The notes beneath the pieces were generated by a model. The model had not been told where the DNA came from. It worked only from the letters and a program-made list of their open reading frames with translations, and did not search any database. The position numbers and the translations under genes were made by a program. A DNA stretch of 64,000 nucleotides from Piromyces finnis finn (lineage: Eukaryota; Fungi; Neocallimastigomycota): NCBI GenBank assembly GCA_002104945.1, contig MCFH01000018.1, forward strand, positions 310,001 to 374,000, in the 5' to 3' direction. Shown piece by piece: positions 51,939 through 64,000 of this stretch. Numbering within the stretch: the first letter of the stretch is position 1; the number at the start of each line of letters is the position of its first letter.

Positions 51939-53015
51939 CTTGAGTTTTAACGAAGGGCATTCTGTTAAGGAATGAACATAAATAGTTGAATTAGCTAGAA
52001 TTTTAGGAATTAACCTTCAACTATTTATATTCCTTACTAGTGTTTAACTCTATTTTTAAAATATAAAAATTATAATATATAATTTTTATACATTTTTCTA
52101 GTAATTATTCATATTTTTATTATATAGTTATATTATTTGTATATAGTTATTTAAGACCTTTATTATTAGTATTAGTATAATTACTTATAATATTTTATAC
52201 TTATAAATTTTACAAAATTTTATTATTAAAATAGTTATAGGAATTTTATTATTATTTAAGGTTTATTTTATTAATTAACTTTATTGTATAATATTTTATA
52301 ATTTGAAATTATGACATAGAATTTAATTATAATTTTTACTAAAAGAGGCAACTGTTACACACAAAACAGAAGATACCTCGACAGAAAAATTATTATTTAT
52401 GTCTAAAAAAGGGCATAATTAATTGAATAATATAATTTTATTATATGTCATAATTAAATATATAATATATGATATGCAAAAATGTTACACATATCATAAA
52501 TTAAAATTTTATTAATTATAAATTAAAAATTTTTCTATTCAAATATTAAGAGATTATTCATAATATATATTAAGGATTTAATTAATATATGTTACAGTGA
52601 ATGATCCATATATTATGAATGAAATCAATTTAAATCCTTAGCTATCCAAAACCATTAAATTTCAAATAATGGATAGTTGGAAAAAGTACGAGGATTTTTG
52701 AGAAAATTTTTAAAAACTGAAAAATCAAAAAATAAATTAAATGAATAAAAATTAAAATTAAATAAATTTTTATTTTTATAACTATTCAAGTGTTTTGTGA
52801 TATCTTATTTGAACCGTAGCAATAAAGAATCTTTAAACCAAAATCTATTTAATTATATTATTATAAAATTTATTATTTTTATTATTTATTTTTATTATTA
52901 TAAAATAGAAATAAATACAATATTAACTAATATATTATTCATATATCATTCCCTATTGCTAACGTTCATAATTATATTTTATTTATGGTGTTTTTGAAAT
53001 ATATTGCATCATTTC

Positions 53016-53636
53016 TGATAAATAATAATTATAAATATATTATACATTTGATATTAGTAGAAAATTTTATTATAAAATAATTATTAAATAATTTTATATA
53101 GTTTATTATAAAAATATAATTTACATAAAATCAAATATTTTATAAATTTATATATTTGATTGGGTTAAATTATAAAAATAATTTTTAATATAAAGAATAA
53201 TAATAATTTTTAGTAAAAAATGAGAAGACTTAGATTATTAATAATAAGTTAAATTTTAATAATAGTTAATATAATTAATTAGTGAATACATAATAATATT
53301 TAAAAGACAAAAATAAGTTTTTATATAATAAAAATTATTGTTAAAAAGAGCGTAAGAACAATAAATAAAAGAAAATATAAAAACGAAATTAAACTTGTCT
53401 AATTTGTAATTATTGTGTTAATAATAAATAATATTTTATAGAATAAATCTGGTGTTATTATTCTATATAAATATTATTAAAATAATAAAACTATTAAAAC
53501 TATAAAATAACTTAAAATAAATTAATAAAACTAGTAGATATTGTTAAAGCTCGTACAATAGCTGTCGAGATAAAACAATATAAGATAACAGAAGAAGTAG
53601 TTAAAAAGTTATAATATAACTACCAATCCGTTATCA
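53016..53636 (+). mobile_element. Solo LTR A' (family A), same orientation; TSD TTTC
   Basis: Near-copy of the element A LTR with several substitutions and indels; flanked by TTTC at 53012-53015 and 53637-53640. Confidence 0.9.
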
Positions 53637-54971
53637 TTTCGATAAATAATGAAATTAATAAATATAAAATTATTATTATACCTGATTTTTAAGTTAACCC
53701 TAAAAGTAACTTAAAACAAGTTATAGTTTAATTAAGTACTTTACCAAAATTCTTAAATAAAATTAATCCTAAACACTGCATATATTTTGATTATTGAAAG
53801 AAAATAATAAACTTTAATTAATCGAGATCAAAATATATAACTCTTGTTAAATTAATTGTTAAATTAAATATTTAATAACTTCGTTAGTAAATTACACTTT
53901 AAAAGTAAACAAATATAATAATTCATGTTATAAAATAATATAATTAAACACCTTTATTAAAACATTAAAAATAATTATTACTTTAATTAATTGTAAAATA
54001 AACAACTTTTTATATTCTTTAACTTTTAATTATTTCTTTTATTGTTATTTCTAATTACTTTTATTACTTTTATTGTAAATAGTTATTAATATTATTGTTT
54101 TAATGTAAATAGTTTAAATTTAAAAGAAAATATAAATACATGTAAATATTCTTATTTTAATCATTATTATTATTATTAATAAAGAAATATTATATAGTTA
54201 GATTAATATTTTATAATTTTAATAATCACTTTTATACTTAAATAAATAAAATTTTAAATATTTAAATATTAGAAAAACAAGTGTTTCTAATAAAACAATT
54301 TAGTGTTTTAACAAAACAATTTTATTAATTTTTATAAAAACGATCTTAAATCTTAATCAATATAACTTATATAGTTATAACAAAAGATATAATATAATAA
54401 TCACTTTTTGAAGTAAAATTCAAAATTAAGATTATTACCAAATTATATCAATTTTGATACGAAGAGGATATTATCTTAATTCTATAAATGAATATAGAAA
54501 GTGATAATATTTGTATCTAAAATTTAATAAATAAAAATAAATAAGAAAATAAAAATAGAATAAATGATTTTTATACTTGTTCATTTGCAAGTCTTTGTTA
54601 GTTTAAAATATAAAATTATTTAATTTAATTATAAAGTTTTAATATTTAATAACTCTTGTATTATTAAATATATATATGTTATGGTTTAATACATCTTGAA
54701 TGTATGTAAATATAATCACAACTATTATTTTAATAAAATTTAATATTATTATCTAATTTTACTGGATTATTAGGAACATCTTTTAAAATAAAATAATTCT
54801 ATCACTATTTATACAAAATTATTATTTTAAAGTATAATTATAAACAAATATAAACTATTTAATTTAAAAATAAATAAACAATTAAATAGACAAAAAGTTT
54901 ACATTTATAGTTTTTAATTTAATAATTTTATACATGTTAATTATTTTAATTTTCAACTATCTGTGTTTTAA

Positions 54972-55043
<72 letters not shown>
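54972..55043. repeat. (ATT)n microsatellite
   Basis: About 24 uninterrupted ATT units. Confidence 0.85.
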
Positions 55044-55044
<1 letters not shown>

Positions 55045-56311
55045 AATTCATAATTTATAAATTTAATTATTTATCAATTTTTGGCAGGTTAGCTACCTAA
55101 AAATATAATTATAATTAAGTGATAACAAACAACTTAACCTATTTCTAATAATATAAATTATATAACTTAAATCATCAATAAAAATAATTTGGTTTTTTAT
55201 AATCTTTTATTATATATTTTATATTAATTTTTATATTATAAATATGACTAACAGAAATCTTTTTAAAAATTAAGCAATGAATAAAAAATGTAATATCGGT
55301 ATCGATATTTAATAAATAATAATGAATATATCTATTAAAATCTAGATTTTAATATCATAATTAATAAATATATATATCAAAATATTAGTATATTATTTTA
55401 TAAAATGCAAATACATAAAAAATTGTTTGGAATGTATTTTATTTTCATAAATGATAACCCTTTAATACAAATAAATAATAATTTTAAAGTGTTAATAACC
55501 CTTTAAATATTAAACAAAGCAACATAATGACTTAATAATAGCAATGTAATTATTAAATAATAACAGCTTAATAAAAATAAATAAATAAGAAATAAGCTTT
55601 AAATAAAATATATTGCATCAAGTTATTAATTCTAATATTATATATAAAGAGTGCTTTAGAGTTTCTTTTTTGAATTTTTAAGCTAATAAATAATTGATTA
55701 ATAATTAATTACATAAAGTAGCATATTTAAAAATTCTGTTTAGTTTTACGATACATAGTACTTTTTATTCATTGTTTACTAGAAATTGTCTTTTTTTATT
55801 TTTTAAATCATTGATTAGTTTTTAGTAATAATTTGTATAACTTGTATTTATTAAATATAAAACAATAAAATCCGATAATTATTTATAATAAAATAGAGGA
55901 TTTTTATAAAAAAAATAATGATAAAAATTCAAAATTATTACTTATATACAATGAATTGTATGTATCTTCCATACAATGCATTCTATATTGCTATTATTGT
56001 TTTTATTATTAATGGTATATATTTGTTTATTGCTAATAATAATATAACAAAGTTTCTATAATTTTTATTGTTAAAGAGAAATAATAAAGAACGAGAAATA
56101 TTATTAATATTAATAGCTTATAACTAATATAAAATTTTAGGATAAAATTAAATAAAAAATATTAAAAAAATAATTAATTTTTTAATAATTAATTAATAAT
56201 CAATTTCTGTATTTATTTGATTATATAAAATTTCTATAAAATATAAGTTGGTCTTTTTTTAACACAATTCTATAGTTTTTAAGGAATTAATTTAACAAAA
56301 CTTTTTTATTA

Positions 56312-56345
<34 letters not shown>

Positions 56346-56491
56346 CAATAATAAAATATAATATTTATAATATAAAATTCTAAACAAAATGGTATAAATA
56401 AAAATAATATAAATGAAACAGAAATTCGAAAAAAAATTATTCATCATTGACTTTTTATTATTTAAAACATTATAATGGATTATAGTTTTCA

Positions 56492-58245
56492 ATGTGGCAA
56501 AATTTAAACATTCCTCAATTCGTTAATCGAAATTTTGTAATATAATTTTTAATCCAAATATAGAATAAGTTATAATTTTTGAAATTTAAAATAAATATTA
56601 TATGTTGAAATTTCAATGTTAAATTGTAATATGCTATTTTTAAATAGGAGGAATATTATAGATGTTACTCAACTTCATTCATGCAAGGCAATGATAAACC
56701 AGATATTCATTATGGTGGAAAAGGTATTTATTACATTTATATAACATGTGTCATAACAATATCAATTTAATAATATACTTTTCATTATTGTATATATTTT
56801 TAAATTATTTTTTCAATAAAGTAATTATGCCTTCAAGTGCTTTGGATAAATTATGTAAATATATTTAATTTATAATTATAGAATTATACAATTAGTATTC
56901 TCATATAGTTTTATATATTTAAAAAAGCTCGTTTAAATATTGCTTATCCTATGCTTTTTGAATTAGTAAATGAACAAGAAGACAGAAAAACACATGCTGG
57001 TGTTTTAGAATTTACAGCTGAAGAAGGAAGAATATATCTCCCAAATTGGGTATGCAATTGAAATTTCATTATATATATTATTTCATAATAAAAAATAGGT
57101 TATAAAGTATTAATATAATTCTTTTCTGAAATGCCTTTTTATAATTAATGCTAAAAAATTAGATGATGCAAACTTTATTAATTCAGGAAGGATCAATTAT
57201 TAAAATCAAGAATGTTTCACTTCCTTTAGGGTCATTTGTTAAAATTCAACCTCAATCTGTTGATTTTCTTAATATATATAATCCAAAAGCAGTGTATGTA
57301 TTTTCTAGATATGAAAAAAAGAGAAAGAAAAAAAAAGTACTAAAAGTTTAACGAATGTTTATCTATTTATTTTGTTCATGTATAATCTTATATATTTTAT
57401 TATTATTATCATAATTTTATGTAAAAAATATAATATAAACAATTTAGTCTTGAAAAAACTTTAAATAACTTTTCAGCCTTAACTGAGGGTGACATTATTA
57501 CTATCAATTATAATGATAAATTTTATGATATAGAAATCTTAGAAATCAAACCAAAAGGACCAGGTATATCTGTAGTTGAAACCGATCTTGAAGTAGATTT
57601 TGCTCCACCAGTTGGTTACAAAGAACCAGAACCAGAACCTAAAGTTCAAAGTACACACACAAGCATTCCATCTTCCTATGAAACTATGAATATAGATAAT
57701 GATACAATTGATTTAAAAAAGACAGATTTTTCTGCATTTCAAGGTTCAGGTTTCCAATTAAATGGAAAAAAGAATAACAATGCAATGTAAAAATCTAAAA
57801 ATATGATAAAATATTAAAACTTCAAATTATTATTATTATTATTATTATTATTTTATTAATATATGTTGTAATTGTATAATATATAATATTAAAATGTGCT
57901 TTTTTCTTCTTCTTTAAACAGAGCAGGTAGTAGTAATAGTGATGATAACAGCAATAATAGTGTTAATAAAAAAATAGATAAAAATGATCCAGCAAATTTA
58001 AAGATATTGAGATTACCAAAAGGAAAACTATTTTTTGGTTACGAAGTTATACCTTTAAAGAAAGAAGAAGAAGAAGAAAAACCAGTAAGTTAATATAATC
58101 ATATAACTTTATATATATTAATATAAATTTATAAAATATATATAAATAATATATTAATAAAATAATATTACAATAAAAACAAAAGACTGTATTTACTGGA
58201 ACTGGTCATACATTAAAAGCCAAAAAGAAGAATAGAAAAAATTAA
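56492..58245 (+). CDS. UFD1: Ubiquitin fusion degradation protein 1 (Cdc48/p97 adaptor), multi-exon
   Basis: Spliced exons read MWQNLNIPQFVNRNF|EEYYRCYS...YGGK|VIMPSSAL..., YPMLFEL, THAGVLEFTAEEGRIYLPNW, LPLGSFVKIQPQS, ALTEGDII, DLEVDFAPPVGY, FQGSG, LRLPKGKLFFGY, and final exon TVFTGTGHTL (58186-58245). The start is tentative. Confidence 0.9.
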
Positions 58246-58346
58246 TTATATTGCATTCCGAGCATATGTAACTATTTTTTTTTTTTTTTTTTAATAAATA
58301 ATAATATAATAATAATAATACTGATAATTTCTTTTTTTTTTTTTTT

Positions 58347-58392
<46 letters not shown>

Positions 58393-58617
58393 TTATTTAG
58401 TAAAAATCATTATCAATAGCATCACCAATAACAACAAACAAACCAAAAAAATAAAAAATAAAAAATAAAAAAATAAAATAATATATAAAATAGAATATTT
58501 ATTTATGAAAAATTAAAAAAATAAATAAAAGTAAACATGCAAATTATAATAATAAAATTATTGAAATTAATGAATTATATATAATATTAGCATTCATTGT
58601 AACAATAGTATGTTTTG

Positions 58618-58654
<37 letters not shown>

Positions 58655-58974
58655 AGCATAAAATTTGATTTATTTATTTATTTAAAGTGTTTCCCTTATA
58701 TATTTAAAGAAGAAAATAATTACTACTATTACCAAAATCAATTATAACTTTTTTTTTTTTTTATTATTCTATTTTATTTTATTATATAAATTTACTTAAT
58801 TTTATTAAAGAATATATATATTATAAACATTGCACAATAACTAATACATCATGATAATAATAATTATAATAATAAAAAATAAATAAAAATAAACTATTAC
58901 TAAATTTTAAAAAAATGAAATTTCTTCATTGTTAAATGTTTTGAATTGATCTTCATATACTCAATATTAAATTT

Positions 58975-61434
58975 TTAGACAGTAATTGTATTGTCAAACC
59001 ATTCATTACTAATTTTCTTAATATTGTATAACTTTTGGTTTTCAGGTATATTTAAAGACAAAATTAAATCATAGTTTTCCTATTAGAGAATATAAAATGA
59101 TAATAATAAATATATATAAATTATTGTGATTTTTATTTTAAATCTAATAATTATAAAAATATTAATTATTTACCTTATTTGATTCATGGTCAGAAATACA
59201 TTTAATAATTTCCTTACACATCGAATTTAAGCAAATTTTACGTTTCAATAAAATTTCATAGTCGGATAATGAAATCTTACTTTTTGAACTTAATTGGATT
59301 TGAATAGATTTTAATATAGTATTTAATTTTTCTAATAATTCTTTATAAGAAATAATATCATTTTTCTTTGAAGTTGTGTGATTTATAATAGAAAGATATG
59401 AAAGGAATAATTGACCACCATTTTCCCAGTCCTTTACTTCTTGATGATTAATCTTATTTAATATTTTTTCAACAAATTTTGTATTGTTATTTATAATGGC
59501 TTCAGGAAGGATTTTATTTATAACTAATGAATGGACCTTATTCCAGCATTTTGCATCAATTAAATAAATTGCTTCTAATATTGCATCATTGGCATAACGA
59601 GCTTTTATAATTCTTGTTTCATGAATCCACATTTCTGGAATTTTTAATTTATCTACAAGGAATGTCCACAATTCACTGTTTTTATTTTTTGTAAATTCAA
59701 AAGTTTCATTGCTAGCCTTTAACTTTTCTTCATTTGATTTTTCAATTGAGCATAATTCCTTATAAATACTACCACTGTAATCGTCAATAGGATAGTATCT
59801 ATATATCAAATTTTTAATTGCCATTTCGCGACAGTTTTTATTATTAATAAATAAACATACAAAACATGCCCAATCCCACATTCCGATACTTTCTAATTGA
59901 AAAGCTAAGGAAATTGTTAATTTATCTTGAAGTCTTTTTTCTTTTTCATTTTGTAATTGGGACTTAGATAATAAAGAGTTAATTAACCAGGGAATTCTGT
60001 AATCAAGCATATCACTGGAAATATTTTGTGGAGAAAATATCTTGTTTTTATTGTATGAATCATTAACATAGTATTTAAATAAATGATATACAATGTCAAA
60101 ATGCTTTGGCTTTTGCTTCATATCAAATGATTCAAAAATATTATTCTCTTTTTTTTCATCATCTTTATACAATTGGTTTTCGAAATAAGATGGTAATGGT
60201 TCAGAAATTAAGTCTTCTTTTTTTACAATATCTTGTTCTCTTTGACTCTCTAGAATTTGTTCATACTTTTCCAATGAATCTGCAAGATCATCCATACCTC
60301 CATTAACAAACCAAACAAAAAGAGCAAATGTTCTTTTCCAACTATTTAAGCCATAACATACATCATCAACTTGACCACCAATCAATTTCCATAAATTAAT
60401 ATAATTAGATTTATATTCATTGTTCTTTGCATCATTTTCCCAAAGTGAAATTTGTTGATTAATCAAATTTTGAGTGTAATTGTCCATTACGCCTGATCCT
60501 GGAACACCTTTTCCGTAGGATAAGAATTCTGAACTTTCAAAACAACTACCGCATTGAGAAATAACAGTTGCTAATCTATAATCACCTTGTTTAATAACTT
60601 CCTTACATGCTTTTGATAATTTTCTACCTGAGAGAAGATTAAATATGATTTCATTATTTAATTCTTTCATTTGAACTTTATCTTTAGTATTTTTAATTTT
60701 TTTTCTTAATTCTATAATATTTTGCTCAATTTCATCTTGAACGTATTCTTCAAGCCATTTATTTATTCTTTCCTTTTTAAACATTTTTGAGAAATACTTG
60801 TTTTTTGTTTCATCTAATTCCTTTTCTACAATCTCATTATTTTCAGTAGTGTTGATTAAAATAGGGTCAAATAAAGCTTCACATAATTTCCAAATCATTA
60901 TTTCATTTTGATCAAAAACATCCATAGACTTTTCGCTTAACATATCCGTAAAGGTTTTAAAAGATATTTTTGGAGAAAGTTTAATCTTTGGAATCAATTG
61001 AATATCGTTATCTTCTTTTTTCAATATATTCTTTTCAAATTTATCTTCTTCGTTCTTGTCATTTACAATATTTGAATTATTTAACTGATTTTGAAGAGTA
61101 ATACGATGCTTTTCTCTAAGCTTCATATCATCAGCATCATCGAATAAATTTAAATGATGAATTACTATTTTTTCCATTGGTAAAACATTACCACCAGAAG
61201 CATTCTTAACTATATTTGGCAATTTTGTAATTAATACACCACCTGGACCCCAGCCTACTCTAAAACTACGTGAAAGTGCTAAACCTATGTTTTTATAATT
61301 TTTTTCATGATTAAATGATACACTTTCTGAATGTTCAATAATATTTTTGATATTTGACACATTTTCCTAAATATAATAATTCATTTTAGAAAATATAATT
61401 TATAAGTATTTTGTAATGATCATATGTATTATTA

Positions 61435-61519
<85 letters not shown>

Positions 61520-64000
61520 AACAGTATCTCAAAATTATTCTTTAAATACTAATATTTTTAAAAAAACAAAAACACAAATATGAACAATATATATTATATT
61601 TTTTATATTTTCTTTTACTTTGTTTTAAAAAAAATTTTTTTTAATGATTTATTTATTTATTAGTGTTTCTTGAGATTATTATTATTATTATTATTATTGC
61701 TATTCCAATAATTTGATCAATTATTAATTTTATAAATTTGAAGTTAATTTATTAACATAAAATAAAATTTATGAAAGTAAAAGAAATTAAAAAAATATAA
61801 TTATATTTTTATATATTTAATATCTGAATTAGAAATGATATTTATAATAAATAAATAAATAAAAATAAAAAGATAATAATAATAATAAATAAATAAATAA
61901 AACTACTTTAATATTAAATACTCATTCATAAAATATAAAAATTCTTTTTAAAAAAAAATGAAATAAAATAACTATTTATAAATAATACTATAATTATATA
62001 CTTATTTTAGCTAACCTTTTGTGTAATTGGTTGGTTGATGTTCATATCAAATCCTTTAGACTTTAACTTTTTTACTGGATTTTCATTAACTAATTTGGTT
62101 ATAGTCTCATGTTTTATATTATGCTTTCTCTTATTAGAAGTTGTATCCTTTTTTCCTTTTAAATTATTACTTTTGACTTTTCCTAATTCTTTTTCTTTTT
62201 TTATTTCATCACTTTCATTATTATCTAAATTTAAATTTTCTTTAGATTTTTTTTCTTGTGAATCGCTTCCTTCAGAACTATCTCCATTATCAGAACTAGA
62301 GCTTTCTCCAGAACTATGATATACTTCTTCAGCTAATAATTCCAATTCACCAGAAACAAGTCTTTTTAATAATTCTTTCTTTTCATGTTTATTCATTTTT
62401 TCATCATTTTTTAATTCTTCTTCCTCATCAGAAGAAATATCAACGCTAACAACTTCATAAACTCCATATCTAGAATCATCATTACTATTTTGACGAATTT
62501 TACAATATTTTGCAATATGCTTTTCATTATCAGTATATTCTTCTTCTTCTTCTTCATTTAATAAACCATATTTACTAAAATGTTCAACATTAAATGACCA
62601 ACAACCAGTTTCAATATCAAAAGAAATAAATTCAGTCTCTGGCATAGTTTTTAATTTCTTCATATGTCTCTTGAATCTTGGATGTTCCACATCTAAAATT
62701 GGTTTTTGGGTAGCTTTATCCATAGTCCAACATTTTAATAATTCAATATGAGCTGGTACATTCAATCCTTGACCAACTGGTGGTTTGTTTTCTTCACCTG
62801 GATATACAGTACAAACCTTTGGTTCAATAATAATAATTGAGCCAAAAATTTTAACAATACCATTGCGATCATTAGTTGGTGAAGCTGATATTAAATCAAC
62901 TGGTTCTAAGAAATGAACAGAACCAACACCAGGATATGTAACAATTAAATCCTTAACATGCTTCAATTCTTCATTTGTCATACGATTCATTTCAGAAAGA
63001 GATGGTGAAATAATATAATCGTTAACATATGATGTTTTAGTTTCTTGAGTTTCAACCTTAATTTCATTTTTAGTATTAATTGTTGTTTCGTTAGTTTCTG
63101 TTACAGTTCTACCTGGAGTCAAGAATATACTAGATTTATTAACACTTCCAGTACTTTTATTCAAAGTAAATGGTGTAACATTCAATTTTTGCTTATTTGG
63201 AGTACTAATTTCAAGATTTTCATTGAAGTTAATTTTTTTGCTTTCCTTTTGAATAAATAATGAAGATGAAATTGGCTTAATAATTTCACTCTTCTCTTCT
63301 TCTTTATTAATAATCAACTTTTTGATACTTTTTCTAGTGACAAGTTTATTAGCCAATTGTGGATCATCAATATTTCTACTATCAAATAATGTTTTTTTAA
63401 TCAATTCAGGTTTTGAACCTGGGGATGGGGCTGAAAATCCTTGAAGCTTTATTTTAGTTGTAGCTTTTGGTGTTGTCTTGTATTGAGAAGAACTTATTGA
63501 TTTTTTAATCTTTGATGTTTCAGATACTTCAGTTTTTGAAGAACCTAATACATTAGAAGATGCTACAGTTTCAAATAATGGATTAATACCATATGGGGCC
63601 TGATCGATTGATGCTTGTAATGGTGCTTGATTTAATCCAGTATTCATTCCACTAAATGTTGATGTTGTAGTGTTACCAAAAAGACATCCAGTAGCTGGTT
63701 TTGCTGTATTGAATGATGAAAAACTGGTTGTAGCAGGTTTAGAACCAAATAATGAATTATTTTGTGTACCGAATGAAGTATTGGTTGTTCCTGTACTGTT
63801 AAATGAAAACATTGGTTTATTTCCAGCATTTAATGTAGAAGTCGCTGGTTTATTTAAATTTAATCCTCCTCCAATTGCTGGCTTATTACCAAATAATGAA
63901 CCAGTTGTAGCAGTGTTGTTATTACTTCCAAACAAACCAGTACTAGTTGTATTATTTTGAGTATTTCCAAACAAACTGTTAGATGTATTATTATTATTGT
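58975..64000 (-). CDS. NUP98: Nucleoporin Nup98-Nup96 precursor (Nup145/Nup189-type), 5' end beyond the window; exons >64000-62016, 61366-59174, 59079-58975
   Basis: LFG/FG repeats and QASIDQAPYG, then the autoproteolytic domain ending VEHF|SKYGL. The Nup96 part has SRSFRVGWGP and a helical C-terminus. Two phase-0 GT-AG introns (61367-62015, 59080-59173) join the pieces in frame. Confidence 0.9.

Larger units (their letters stand above)
45788..52821 (+). mobile_element. Element E: full-length Ty3/gypsy LTR retrotransposon without chromodomain; LTRs 45788-46646 and 51963-52821; TSD ATAA
   Basis: 859-bp TG...CA LTRs appear identical. PBS TGGTGGAGATATCGGGG at 46654; ATAA at 45784-45787 and 52822-52825; intact gag and pol. 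Confidence 0.95.
43996..53011 (+). mobile_element. Solo LTR D (~1.4 kb: 43996-45221 + 52826-53011), interrupted by a SINE and element E; TSD TTTC
   Basis: Begins TGATACAA right after TTTC and ends TTGCATCA right before TTTC (53012-53015), an imperfect terminal inverted repeat. Contains TATAAAAGAGAG followed by a TTTTAG-rich tract, as in LTR B. No coding sequence. Confidence 0.7.

Noticed and set aside
27021-53640. TTTC as a sequence-specific integrase recognition site
   Set aside because: Element E, of the same clade, duplicated ATAA at the same offset from a different B-box, which favours positional over sequence targeting.

Overview
Extremely AT-rich eukaryotic DNA with short GT-AG introns, most consistent with an anaerobic gut fungus (Neocallimastigomycota; inferred from composition and gene style, not from a search). 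Left arm: a partial minus-strand gene missed by the ORF track, about 7.8 kb of non-coding DNA, an Asn-rich gene, and a tandem array of four secreted, probably GPI-anchored, bacterial-type transglutaminase-like (Cys-His-Asp) proteins. These are followed by a TPR + metallo-beta-lactamase fusion gene, an Ngl/Angel-type EEP nuclease and a tRNA-Thr(CGT) gene. Starting 15 bp upstream of that tRNA is a 26.6-kb stack of four Ty3/gypsy LTR units from three LTR families: Gag-PR-only element A, full element B, solo LTR D and solo LTR A'. They lie head-to-tail, each bounded by the same 4-bp TTTC duplication, indicating repeated insertion at one base position. A tRNA-Ala-derived SINE landed inside solo LTR D, and a further gypsy element (E) then inserted upstream of that SINE at the same 66-bp distance from the Pol III B-box, with a different TSD (ATAA). 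This points to position-specific, Pol III-guided targeting by several related families. An antisense self-priming (Tf1-like) chromovirus (C) is nested in B. Right arm: UFD1 and a convergent NUP98-NUP96 gene running off the window. All alignments, distances and splice models were read by eye.
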